From contig JACSRW010000038.1 in the NCBI GenBank assembly GCA_014879565.1, positions 1,759 to 65,758 on the forward strand: DNA of 64,000 nucleotides, in the 5' to 3' direction. Shown in pieces: positions 20,393-29,523 of this stretch. Within the stretch, counting starts at the first letter, position 1. Every line of letters starts with the position of its first letter. The position numbers and the translations under genes are program-made. The notes under the pieces were generated by a model that saw only the letters and a program-made list of their open reading frames with translations, had not been told where the DNA came from and ran no database searches. The stretch comes from Chitinophagaceae bacterium. Its GTDB lineage: Bacteria; Bacteroidota; Bacteroidia; Chitinophagales; Chitinophagaceae.

Positions 20393-20441
20393 CTCCCCAC
20401 TCCTGCCTCCCGTCTCCTGTCTCCGTACTCCCGCCTCCTAA
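20393..20441. repeat. Heptamer tract (CTCCCGT-like, 7 units)
   Basis: CTCCCCA CTCCTGC CTCCCGT CTCCTGT CTCCGTA CTCCCGC CTCCTAA. Confidence 0.85.
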
Positions 20442-21574
20442 CTTCTCTCCTGTGCCCTTAACCATCTTTCCGGTATCTCATTGCTGCTGGCCAATAAATA
20501 ATCCTTATAGCTGCAGGCGATGAATTTTTTATCGGGCAGCTGCATCCACCAGCGGCCTGTTTTTTTGCTTTGCAGAAAGATGGTATCTACTTCGGCGAAT
20601 GCCATATGGTATTCGTTGAAGGAGTCTTTTTCATCCAGGTTTGCTTCCTTTCGGCCGCGGCTCCGGCCATCGAGCAGGTACCAGAGCATGTGGCTGATCT
20701 GGCGGGCGGTCATTTCATCGCGGTCGTGGTTGGGATTGTACCCATAGATACCCACGGTGTTTACATTCGGGCTCATCCCTGCATATTGCATCAGTACGCA
20801 GGCTTCCTCGCCGTTCAGTCCGTTGGGCGAGACGGTACCGGCCGGCGCAAAGGAATGGGCAAGGGCGGTAATATCAAAACTGAAGAGATGGCTGTTCCGG
20901 ATCACGGGTTCCATCTCGTCTATATTTTCCTTTACGCTACCGACCCGGTAACAGTCGAACCGGAGTTTGTCAAGCGTTTCAAGCATTTTGGGATGAACGA
21001 AATAGCTCTGGAAAGCGATATGGTTATAATGCCGGAGAAAATTGGGTTCCCCGGTAAGCATTTCCATCAGGAAATTTTCATGGCGGAAGGGGGCGTCCAT
21101 ATTCAGGTCAACCAGGGCATCCACGCAACTGGCTTCGATGCTTCTTTTTCCGCCTGCATAAGCGTAGTACTGCGGCAGGGTGAGATCATGCGAGCCGCCC
21201 AGGATCACCACTGTCTTTCCTTCCCCGATCAGGGCTTCGGTGACTGTTTTGAGTGCGGCCCAGGTATCGGTAAACTGCGCGCCGGTCCGGATATTCCCCA
21301 GGTCAGCTATCCGGATATCCTGGTGCCAGTAATAGAGGCTGTAAAAATGACGGCGGATAATATCCGGTCCGTTGGTCTGACCGGGCAGCCGGCCGCTTCC
21401 TCTTTGTTCGCCGCAGCCGATCAATACCAATTGTACTTCGTCCAGGTCGGGAAATTCATCGGTCCATACCGATATCACTTTTCCCATCTGTCCTTCCTTA
21501 TAGCCTTCATCATGCGAGATTTCAGCCAGGCTGACAGGGGTTAAAAAGTCGGAGATGCTGAGGGGGTCTGACAT
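20438..21574 (-). CDS. Arginase/formimidoylglutamase-fold protein
   Basis: DLGN and LGGSHDLT motifs with Bacteroidota-type C-terminal extension; metal-binding motifs are degenerate. Confidence 0.85.
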   Translation of the reverse strand: MSDPLSISDFLTPVSLAEISHDEGYKEGQMGKVISVWTDEFPDLDEVQLVLIGCGEQRGSGRLPGQTNGPDIIRRHFYSLYYWHQDIRIADLGNIRTGAQFTDTWAALKTVTEALIGEGKTVVILGGSHDLTLPQYYAYAGGKRSIEASCVDALVDLNMDAPFRHENFLMEMLTGEPNFLRHYNHIAFQSYFVHPKMLETLDKLRFDCYRVGSVKENIDEMEPVIRNSHLFSFDITALAHSFAPAGTVSPNGLNGEEACVLMQYAGMSPNVNTVGIYGYNPNHDRDEMTARQISHMLWYLLDGRSRGRKEANLDEKDSFNEYHMAFAEVDTIFLQSKKTGRWWMQLPDKKFIACSYKDYLLASSNEIPERWLRAQERS

Positions 21575-21587
21575 AGATGCAAGTTAG

Positions 21588-21629
21588 GGGAAAGTGGGGA
21601 ATGGAAAGTGGGGAATGGAGAGTGGGGAG
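21588..21629. repeat. Purine-rich heptamer tract upstream of the four-helix-bundle gene
   Basis: GGGAAAG TGGGGAA TGGAAAG TGGGGAA TGGAGAG TGGGGAG. Confidence 0.8.
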
Positions 21630-21710
21630 TGATACAAACTTTTTTGAGCAGGGAGAGTGGGGTGAAAAAAAAGTGTATGAAGGATTTGTTTATGTTTCAA
21701 AAAAAATTCT

Positions 21711-22067
21711 ATGCTAAAATCGGCACATAAAACACTTGATGTATACAAGCTTTCATTAGCACTGGTAAAGATGATCTATGAGACTACCCGAAGGTTTCCA
21801 AAAGAGGAACAGTATTTACTGGTTATCCAACTACGCAGAGCAGCCATTTCAGTTTGCAGTAACATTGCGGAGGGTTCCTCAAGAATTTCAGGCAATGAGA
21901 AAAAGCGGTTTTATGAAATCGCCCGTTCCTCCGTTGCAGAAATTGATACGCAAATTGAAATTGCCATCAATCTGAATTTTCTGGACTTCCGGGAAATAAA
22001 ACCTTTGGAAGAAAATATTGAATCAATATTCAGAATGCTGTCAAAAATGATCAGAAATCTAAGTTAA
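21711..22067 (+). CDS. Four-helix-bundle protein (23S rRNA IVS/Avd-like family)
   Basis: LDVYK..FPKEEQY.L..QLRRAAISVCSNIAEG..RFYEIARSSVAEIDTQ; lower GC than neighbours. Confidence 0.92.
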   Translation: MLKSAHKTLDVYKLSLALVKMIYETTRRFPKEEQYLLVIQLRRAAISVCSNIAEGSSRISGNEKKRFYEIARSSVAEIDTQIEIAINLNFLDFREIKPLEENIESIFRMLSKMIRNLS

Positions 22068-22179
22068 GCACTGTTGTGCCGGGCAGCCATTCTCTTTTCT
22101 TTCCTCCTTTTCCATGCCCCAATCCTCACTTTACCTTTCCCGGCTTCTCCTTCCCTGCTCTATTCCGTATATTTGCCCC

Positions 22180-23208
22180 ATGGAACAACTGCTGCACCAG
22201 ATTGAAGTTTATAAGAAGGAAATGAGCGCTTTTAGTGCCTCAGATGCCAAAGAAGTGGAGGAATTCCGTATCAAATGGCTGGGGACCAAAGGAGTGGTAA
22301 AGACTATTATGGGGGAAATGAAGAATGTAGCCCCGGAAAGGAAAAAAGAAGCCGGCCAGTTGCTGAATGAATTCAAACAATTTGCCGAACTCAGGTATGA
22401 TGAACTGAAAGCGTCCGCTTCCGGCAGTACCCAGACCGGATTCAGTATGGATATCAGTCTGCCGGGCGATCCCCTGCCACTCGGTTCCCGTCACCCGGTT
22501 ACGCTGATGCGGAACCGGATTGTTTCCATTTTCCAGCGCCTGGGATTTGCTGTAGCGGAGGGCCCGGAAATAGAAGATGACTGGCATAATTTCGGCGCCC
22601 TGAACCTGCCCCCCCATCACCCGGCCCGGGACATGCAGGATACTTTTTACATACAGCAGAACCCAGATTGGGTGCTGCGTACGCATACATCCAGCGTGCA
22701 GATCCGCGAAATGGAAAAGGGAAAACTGCCTATCCGCATGCTGATGCCGGGCAGGGTTTACCGCAATGAAACCGTGAGCGCCCGCAGCCATTGCTTTTTC
22801 CACCAGGTGGAAGGATTATATATTGATGAAAATGTATCATTCGCAGATCTCAAACAGACCCTTTACTTTTTTGTGAAGGAAATGTATGGGAAGGATGTAA
22901 AAGTCCGGTTCCGGCCTTCTTATTTTCCGTTTACAGAACCCAGTGCCGAAATGGATGTAACATGCTTTATCTGCGGGGGAAGTGGTTGTAATATCTGCAA
23001 AAAAACAGGCTGGGTGGAAATACTCGGTTGCGGAATGGTTCATCCCAATGTACTTTCCAATTGCGGAATTGATCCTAATAAATATACAGGCTTTGCCTTT
23101 GGTATGGGCATTGAAAGACCCGCCATGCTGAAATACGGTGTGAATGATCTTCGACTGTTCAGTGAGAATGATGTGCGGTTTTTGAAACAGTTTACTTCAG
23201 CTATCTGA
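22180..23208 (+). CDS. pheS: Phenylalanine--tRNA ligase alpha subunit
   Basis: HPARDMQDTF, LRTHTS, FHQVEG, RFRPSYFPFTEPS and GFAFGMGIER motifs. Confidence 0.98.
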   Translation: MEQLLHQIEVYKKEMSAFSASDAKEVEEFRIKWLGTKGVVKTIMGEMKNVAPERKKEAGQLLNEFKQFAELRYDELKASASGSTQTGFSMDISLPGDPLPLGSRHPVTLMRNRIVSIFQRLGFAVAEGPEIEDDWHNFGALNLPPHHPARDMQDTFYIQQNPDWVLRTHTSSVQIREMEKGKLPIRMLMPGRVYRNETVSARSHCFFHQVEGLYIDENVSFADLKQTLYFFVKEMYGKDVKVRFRPSYFPFTEPSAEMDVTCFICGGSGCNICKKTGWVEILGCGMVHPNVLSNCGIDPNKYTGFAFGMGIERPAMLKYGVNDLRLFSENDVRFLKQFTSAI

Positions 23209-23259
23209 AGGTTGAAGGATTGAGAAGCTTCTATCTAAACGATATTTGCTTAGGAGGCC

Positions 23260-23305
23260 CCACTCACCACTCACTACCTGCCTGCCGGCAGGCAAGCTCA
23301 CCACT
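23260..23305. repeat. CACCACT heptamers interrupted by the REP-like palindrome TGCCTGCCGGCAGGCA (23279-23294)
   Basis: Read directly from the sequence. Confidence 0.8.
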
Positions 23306-24186
23306 TACCTGAACAGCAACTTCACCCCTGCTTCGCCCGTGGTATAATCAAAATCCTGCACTCCCCGGCGGAGGCCGAAAAGCAGGTGCATCTTTTTCAT
23401 TTTCCATTCAAAGAGGGTGCGGATCAGCACGGGTTTGTCGCCCTGTTTTTCGAGGTAACCGAGATAACCGGACAGATCGGTGCGCAGCCGGAATGTTTTT
23501 TTGTCCCAGTCAAACCCGGCGCCGAAGAGGAAGGCGTCATCCTGCCTGAATTCATCCGACTGGATCTGCCAGACCAGGAAACCCGCCATAGCGGTCAGCC
23601 GGAGGGTTTTTTCCTTATTCAGTGTTTTTCCTCCGTTGACTGCGAAATGATACCCGGGTCCGTCACTGTAACGGGCAGCCCCGTAAGCCGTTCCCGAAGG
23701 AAAACGGTAACCTACCTGGAGGATCAGGTCTATTGCCGGTGACCATTTTTTCAACAGCCGGAAATTCGTGAGCAGGGAGAGATCACCCGCGGCTTTTTTT
23801 TCATTGAAGTACTCGTAATAAACATGCCGTTTTTCTTTCACCGCGGTACTCATGGTAAAACGCTCATAGGGAATCCAGGAGAGTTCCACATCCACCAGGT
23901 CTTTGGCAATGCCCAGGTGCCCGGAAACCGCCAGGTTCTGTGTATTGTCTCCCGGTGAAAAATGAAAGGCACCGGTTACCCGCAGGTAATTGCTGTTGTC
24001 TATTTTTCCGTTTCCCAGTCCGGGTACCGGCAGTGAATTGGGCCCCTGGAAAGCCGGGAGGGTGATCATATAACGGGACCAGTGGCTGACTCCGTCCCAG
24101 CCAACGACCTGCTCCCATCGTTCGCGGGTTTGGGCAGAGAGACTACAGGAAATAAGCAGAAAAGCGGCAGGCAGTAAGAATCGCAT
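23305..24186 (-). CDS. Hypothetical exported protein, probable outer-membrane beta-barrel
   Basis: Signal peptide, alternating aromatic strands, C-terminal GVKLLF; no family recognised. Confidence 0.6.
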   Translation of the reverse strand: MRFLLPAAFLLISCSLSAQTRERWEQVVGWDGVSHWSRYMITLPAFQGPNSLPVPGLGNGKIDNSNYLRVTGAFHFSPGDNTQNLAVSGHLGIAKDLVDVELSWIPYERFTMSTAVKEKRHVYYEYFNEKKAAGDLSLLTNFRLLKKWSPAIDLILQVGYRFPSGTAYGAARYSDGPGYHFAVNGGKTLNKEKTLRLTAMAGFLVWQIQSDEFRQDDAFLFGAGFDWDKKTFRLRTDLSGYLGYLEKQGDKPVLIRTLFEWKMKKMHLLFGLRRGVQDFDYTTGEAGVKLLFR

Positions 24187-24265
24187 AAACCAGTATTGGG
24201 ATAAAAATAGGATTTAAAACAGAAACGACAGTCCTGTTCACGTCCGCTTCTTATCTTTATCGGCA

Positions 24266-25120
24266 ATGGCCACTTTCATCAATAGTATTTGTGTCTGCGG
24301 GGCGGGTACCATGGGCAGCGGTATTGCACAAAGCGCCGCGCAGGCCGGCTTTGCCACGATTCTCTATGAGCTGAATTCCGCTGTACTGGAAAAAGCAAGG
24401 GCCGGTATCGTGCAGAACCTGCAGCGGCTGGCGGAAAAAGGTAAAATCAGCCACGAAGAAGCAGGAGCCATTCAAAACAGGATTCGCTTTACGGATGATA
24501 TCCAGACCTGCCAGGCCGATATTTTTATTGAAGCCATTGTGGAAAAAACGGAAGCCAAGACGAGCCTTTTCAACCAGCTGGCAGAACTGAATCACAGCGA
24601 TACCATTTTCGCCACGAATACATCCTCCCTGCCGGTAACTGCCATTGCCAAAACGGTTCAGCAACCGGGCCGCGTGATCGGAATGCATTTTTTTAACCCG
24701 GCCACGCTGATGAAACTGGTAGAGGTAGTGGAAACTCCCTTTACCCGGTCTGCTGTTACGGAAACGGTGATGGAACTGGCCCGGCAAATGGGTAAGGTAC
24801 CGGTGCTCTGCCGGGATGCGCCGGGTTTTATTGTCAACCGTGTGGCCCGGCCCTACTATATTGAATCACTCCGGCTGCTGGAAAATAACCAGACGAGCCC
24901 GGAACAACTTGACCGTTTGCTGGAAGCAACCGGGTTCCGTATGGGGCCTTTCCGGCTGATGGACCTGATCGGGAATGATATCAATTATGCTGTCAGCACT
25001 TCTGTGTATGAACAACTGCAGCATCCTGAAAGACTGAAGCCTTCTTATATCCAGGCAGCCAAAGTACAGGAAGGGAAACTCGGTAAAAAAACCGGTGAGG
25101 GATATTACCAATACGAATAA
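24266..25120 (+). CDS. 3-hydroxyacyl/3-hydroxybutyryl-CoA dehydrogenase
   Basis: GAGTMGSG, ATNTSS, GMHFFNP, PGFIVNR and MGPF motifs. Confidence 0.95.
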   Translation: MATFINSICVCGAGTMGSGIAQSAAQAGFATILYELNSAVLEKARAGIVQNLQRLAEKGKISHEEAGAIQNRIRFTDDIQTCQADIFIEAIVEKTEAKTSLFNQLAELNHSDTIFATNTSSLPVTAIAKTVQQPGRVIGMHFFNPATLMKLVEVVETPFTRSAVTETVMELARQMGKVPVLCRDAPGFIVNRVARPYYIESLRLLENNQTSPEQLDRLLEATGFRMGPFRLMDLIGNDINYAVSTSVYEQLQHPERLKPSYIQAAKVQEGKLGKKTGEGYYQYE

Positions 25121-25172
25121 CAACAAGCGCTATCTTCGCACATTGTTTTTTTCATCTTATTAATCTTTCAAT

Positions 25173-26180
25173 TTGTCATCTACAATCCTTGTTACCGGCG
25201 GCACGGGTTTTCTCGGTTCCTATATACTGAAGGAACTGGTGGAAAAAGGGTACAAGGTCAGGGCCCTGTACCGGAATAAAAAGGCACTTCCGTGGATACC
25301 CGATGCTATTACCCACGCTGTGGAATGGGTGGAAGGAGATATACTGGATGTGGTGTCGCTGGAAGATGCGATGGGAGGTATAGATGCCGTGATCCATTCG
25401 GCGGCAGTTGTTTCCTTTGCCCCGGAAGACAGAGCAAGTATGTACCAGATGAATGTGGAAGGCACGGCCAATGTGGTGAATATGGCCCTGGAGAAAGAGG
25501 TAAAACGGATGGTGCATATCAGTTCCGTAGCCGCACTGGGACGCAACCTGGCCGGCGGGATGGTAAACGAAGACAAAAAATGGGAAGACTCCAAAGTAAA
25601 TACACATTATGCCCGGAGTAAATTTAAAGCCGAACTGCAGGTATGGCGGGGTATCAGTGAGGGATTGGATGCAGTTATCCTGAATCCGTCTACCATTCTT
25701 GGTTATGGCGACTGGCACCAGAGCAGCTGCGCCATCTTCCGCCAGGTGTATACAGGTTTCCGCTGGTATACTGATGGCGTAAATGGTTTTGTGGATGTGG
25801 AAGATGTGGCCAGAGCAGCGGTCATTCTCCTGGAAAGCGGAATCAGTGAACAGCGTTTTATTGTCAATGCAGACAACTGGTCGTTCCGGCAATTACAGGA
25901 AACAATTGCAGCAGGTTTCGGCAAAAAAGGACCAGATAAGGAAGCCGGCCCTTTTATGCTGGGACTGGCCTGGCGCCTGGAAAAAATTAAAACTTTCTTC
26001 ACCGGCCGTAAAGGCCTGCTCAGCCGCGAAAGCGCCCGGGTGGCCAGAAGCCGCACCCTGTTTTCCGGCGAAAAACTGCTGCAGGCATTACCGGGTTTTT
26101 CCTTCACCCCCCTTGAACAGACCATCAAAAAAGCCTGTGAAAAATATATTGGCACAGTTCATGCCGGTAAGAAGCCATAA
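25173..26180 (+). CDS. NAD-dependent epimerase/dehydratase
   Basis: TGGTGFLG, HSAA and YARSK motifs; TTG start. Confidence 0.9.
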   Translation: MSSTILVTGGTGFLGSYILKELVEKGYKVRALYRNKKALPWIPDAITHAVEWVEGDILDVVSLEDAMGGIDAVIHSAAVVSFAPEDRASMYQMNVEGTANVVNMALEKEVKRMVHISSVAALGRNLAGGMVNEDKKWEDSKVNTHYARSKFKAELQVWRGISEGLDAVILNPSTILGYGDWHQSSCAIFRQVYTGFRWYTDGVNGFVDVEDVARAAVILLESGISEQRFIVNADNWSFRQLQETIAAGFGKKGPDKEAGPFMLGLAWRLEKIKTFFTGRKGLLSRESARVARSRTLFSGEKLLQALPGFSFTPLEQTIKKACEKYIGTVHAGKKP

Positions 26181-26190
26181 TCAGTCCGCT

Positions 26191-27267
26191 ATGGAATTAC
26201 GCCGCCTTTCCCTGTTTGTTTTCTTTTCCTTTTTGTCTTTAGGACTGTCTGCACAATTTGTCATCAGCGGACAAATACTGGACTCAGCCACCCGGGAGCC
26301 GTTGACCAAGGCTTCTGTATTTTGTCAGAACACCACCCTGGGTACCCTTACCGGAAAGGACGGCTCATTTTCCCTGACGCTTAAATCGGGCGGGTATGAT
26401 CTTATCTTCAGTTATACCGGCTACCATACCCAGACCATCCGGGTGAATGAACAGCAGCAACTGGAAGTATTGCTTTCCAAAAAGGAAAACAATATGGAGG
26501 AGGTGGTCTTGCGGAGCAGTTTTGAAGTGGCCGACGGCTGGGAGAAATACGGAGATTTTTTTCTGAAACAGTTTATCGGCAGTACTCCCAATGCCCGGCA
26601 GTGTGAACTGTTAAACCCGGATGTACTGAAGTTTTATTTCTACAAACGTACCAACCGGCTCAAAGTTATGGCCACTGATGCCCTGCTCGTCAATAACCAG
26701 GCCCTGGGTTACCAGTTGCGTTACCAGCTGGATTCATTTGTATATCACTACAACAGTTCCCTGAGTTCGTACCGGGGTTATTGCCTTTTTATGGAGATGG
26801 AGGGGGGTGACAGCCTGCAGGTTGGCTGGGAGGATGCCCGCCGGGAAGCCTACAAAGGATCAAGGCTGCATTTCATGCACAGTTATTATGACAGTACATT
26901 AAGCCAGGAAGGATGGATCGTATCTCTGCTGGACAGCGCGGACAATAAAAAATTCAATGCCCTGCCCGATCCCTATGATACGCTGTATTACCTGGGTAAA
27001 GACGACAGTACGCGGCTGATTGAAATCTGGTTTCCCCGGAAAATCAGTGTAACCTACAAGGGCCGGAGCCCGGAGCCTGAATACCTGAAGGCGATGAACC
27101 TGCCGAAATCTGTACCGTATCCTGTATCGTATGTGGAATTAAGGGATGCTGTTGCGATCCGGGAGAATGGTTATTTCTTTGAGCAGGCCGACTGGATCAA
27201 CCAGGGTTACTGGAGCTGGAAAAACCTGGCGGATCTGCTGCCGTATGATTATGTACCGGAAGAATAA
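26191..27267 (+). CDS. Exported protein with CarboxypepD_reg-like N-terminal domain
   Basis: Signal peptide from MELRR, GQILDSAT.EPL..A and GSFSL motifs; the real start is downstream of the track start. Confidence 0.8.
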   Translation: MELRRLSLFVFFSFLSLGLSAQFVISGQILDSATREPLTKASVFCQNTTLGTLTGKDGSFSLTLKSGGYDLIFSYTGYHTQTIRVNEQQQLEVLLSKKENNMEEVVLRSSFEVADGWEKYGDFFLKQFIGSTPNARQCELLNPDVLKFYFYKRTNRLKVMATDALLVNNQALGYQLRYQLDSFVYHYNSSLSSYRGYCLFMEMEGGDSLQVGWEDARREAYKGSRLHFMHSYYDSTLSQEGWIVSLLDSADNKKFNALPDPYDTLYYLGKDDSTRLIEIWFPRKISVTYKGRSPEPEYLKAMNLPKSVPYPVSYVELRDAVAIRENGYFFEQADWINQGYWSWKNLADLLPYDYVPEE

Positions 27268-27269
27268 TA

Positions 27270-28229
27270 TCAGCTGGTTTTTTCTCCTTTCCCCATTACT
27301 TTTTCCCAGAGCTGGGGAATTCTTTTCACCCAGACCAGTTCTCTTCTTTTTTCCCGGGCATCCTGTACCGGTGTGCCAAAATAGGTTGTATCACCCGCGA
27401 TGGTGGATGCCACACCGCTTTGCGCGAGAACAACCGCATTCTTACCAATAGTGAGTGTTTTGCTGACCCCCACCTGCCCCCAGAGAATTACATTATCCTC
27501 AATGTATACGGCCCCTGCAATAGCCACCTGCGCGGCAAACAGACAGTTTTTTCCCACCACGGTATCGTGCCCGATATGTACAAGGTTATCCAGTTTAGTG
27601 CCGGCACCAATAACGGTATCATGGGTTACCCCCCTGTCAATGGTGCAGTTGGCGCCGATCTCTACAGCATTTTCCAGGATCACCCGTCCACAGCTTTCCA
27701 TCCGTTTATAATGAACAGCCCGGTTGGTTTTTTTATTGTAGTAAAAAGCATCGCTCCCGATCACTGAGCCGGCCTGTATCACTACATCATCACCGATTAC
27801 ACAATGATCCAGGATACTGACATTCGGATGGATCACACAGTTTTTACCGATGTGTACCCGGTTGCCCACAAAAGCCCCGGGCATAATCACGGAGCCTTCT
27901 CCGATCACTGCGGTATCGCTGATCATTTTCGGTGAGGGATTAAATGGCCGGTAATGGCGCACAATCTTCAGATAGGCTTCAAAAGGTTCGTCCACGACCA
28001 GCAGCGCTTTGCCTTCCGGTACATCCGTCCTGGCATTGATGATAATAAAACTGGCCGCCGAGCGGATGCAGGTATCATAGTACTTCGGATGATCCACGAA
28101 GACGAGGTCACCGGTTTCCACCTTATGAATTTCATTGATACCCGTGGCAAGTCCTTCGCTGTTACCTGTTAACTCCGCTCCTATCAGTGCAGCGATAGTT
28201 GTTACCGGTACCGGTTGTTCAAAGCGCAT
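27270..28229 (-). CDS. lpxD: UDP-3-O-acylglucosamine N-acyltransferase (LpxD-like)
   Basis: Hexapeptide repeats, EIGANCTIDRG and DNLVHIGHD motifs. Confidence 0.88.
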   Translation of the reverse strand: MRFEQPVPVTTIAALIGAELTGNSEGLATGINEIHKVETGDLVFVDHPKYYDTCIRSAASFIIINARTDVPEGKALLVVDEPFEAYLKIVRHYRPFNPSPKMISDTAVIGEGSVIMPGAFVGNRVHIGKNCVIHPNVSILDHCVIGDDVVIQAGSVIGSDAFYYNKKTNRAVHYKRMESCGRVILENAVEIGANCTIDRGVTHDTVIGAGTKLDNLVHIGHDTVVGKNCLFAAQVAIAGAVYIEDNVILWGQVGVSKTLTIGKNAVVLAQSGVASTIAGDTTYFGTPVQDAREKRRELVWVKRIPQLWEKVMGKGEKTS

Positions 28230-28411
28230 AATAAAAATTTACGCAAAGGTAGGAAGTAAAGACTGGCAGCTTATCATGCTCCCTGCTGTAAAGAATTCTG
28301 ATAAACGTTAGCAGATGATGTTGCTGAAGAATTGCAGGAATGCGCACTGAATACAATCCGGTTTATCCACAGCATTATTTAAAATGTTAATAAAATATTT
28401 TGGAAATATTT

Positions 28412-28441
28412 TTTGGTTCAACAAAATTATTTTTAATATTG
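28412..28441 (+). promoter_or_regulatory. Bacteroidota promoter (candidate sRNA B)
   Basis: TTTG (28412-28415), 18-nt spacer, TAATATTG (28434-28441); same geometry as the promoter at 5741. Confidence 0.6.
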
Positions 28442-28442
28442 C

Positions 28443-28519
28443 ACAGGGAATTTACGTTCCCTGTACTTACTAACCCATCCATATATTATCCCTTCGTTTT
28501 CAACGGAGGGATTTTTTTT
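28443..28519 (+). ncRNA. Candidate small RNA B (about 77 nt)
   Basis: Hairpin ACAGGGAA/TTCCCTGT, 23-nt linker, terminator ATCCCTTCGTT-TTC-AACGGAGGGAT plus T run. Confidence 0.55.
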
Positions 28520-28611
28520 GAGGATCCGGCAATGAGCCGGACCGTGCCGCGGATGTCTTTCTTTCCCTTGTTAAATAAGAATACCTTTACGCGAATAAAA
28601 AAACATAACCG

Positions 28612-29487
28612 ATGCTGAAATCAATGACCGGGTTCGGAAGAGCAGAAAGAACAGTGGGTGATAAAACCTTTCTCGTGGATATCAAATCCCTCAACGGAAA
28701 ACAGTTTGAACTGCAACTGAAGATTCCCGCGTTTCTGAAACCATTTGAATTTGATATCCGGCGGCTGCTGGCGGATAAACTGGGTCGTGGTTCGGTGGAT
28801 TGTATGATCAGCCTGAAGGATACCGGATCTGCGAAACCGGTCAGCATCAATACCGATCTGGCCCGGGCCTATTACCAGCCGCTGGCGGAATTATCGGCCA
28901 GCCTGGGACTGGATACTTCAAATATTCTGAGCACCCTGGTTAAACTGCCGGAAGTGATCACGCCCAGCAGCGATACCCTTACCGATACAGAGTGGCAGCA
29001 GTTTCAGGCGGTGCTGGAAGCGGCGGCGGCCAGCCTTACCGCACACCGGCTGGATGAAGGTCGCTCGCTTGAAGAAGACCTGCAGCTTCGTATCCGCAAT
29101 ATCCTGCAATTGCAGGCAGAGGTGATTCAGCTGGAACCCCTCCGTCAGCAGAAGATCCGGGAAGGAATTACCCGGTTGCTGGAAGAAAATGTGGGACGCG
29201 AGAATTATGACGGCAACCGCCTGGAACAGGAACTGATTTATTATATCGAAAAGATAGATATCAGCGAAGAGCAGGTGCGGCTCAAAAACCATTGCGATTA
29301 TTTCCTCAGTGTGCTGGCAGAAGCGGAAGAATCCAAGGGGAAAAAACTGTCTTTTATCCTGCAGGAGATCGGCCGGGAGATCAATACCACCGGCTCCAAG
29401 GCCTACGATGCCTCCATTCAGAAATGTGTGGTGCTGATGAAGGATGAACTGGAAAAAGCCAAGGAACAGGTACTGAATGTACTCTGA
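28612..29487 (+). CDS. yicC: YicC/YloC family endoribonuclease
   Basis: SMTGFGRA, KSLNGK, DISEE.VRL, GKKL.FILQEIGREINT.GSK motifs. Confidence 0.95.
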   Translation: MLKSMTGFGRAERTVGDKTFLVDIKSLNGKQFELQLKIPAFLKPFEFDIRRLLADKLGRGSVDCMISLKDTGSAKPVSINTDLARAYYQPLAELSASLGLDTSNILSTLVKLPEVITPSSDTLTDTEWQQFQAVLEAAAASLTAHRLDEGRSLEEDLQLRIRNILQLQAEVIQLEPLRQQKIREGITRLLEENVGRENYDGNRLEQELIYYIEKIDISEEQVRLKNHCDYFLSVLAEAEESKGKKLSFILQEIGREINTTGSKAYDASIQKCVVLMKDELEKAKEQVLNVL

Positions 29488-29523
29488 AATCCCGCTTTGT
29501 TTACTTTTGTGAAAACACGGTAC

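Noticed and set aside
21711-22067. Diversity-generating retroelement
   Set aside because: Avd-like gene only; no reverse transcriptase or TR/VR pair is visible.
25783-26190. N-terminal extension of the 494-aa ORF
   Set aside because: Overlaps the epimerase gene in another frame; a signal peptide begins at ATG 26191.
28300-28440. Replication origin
   Set aside because: Only one perfect DnaA box, and no dnaA, gidA/mnmG or box cluster nearby.
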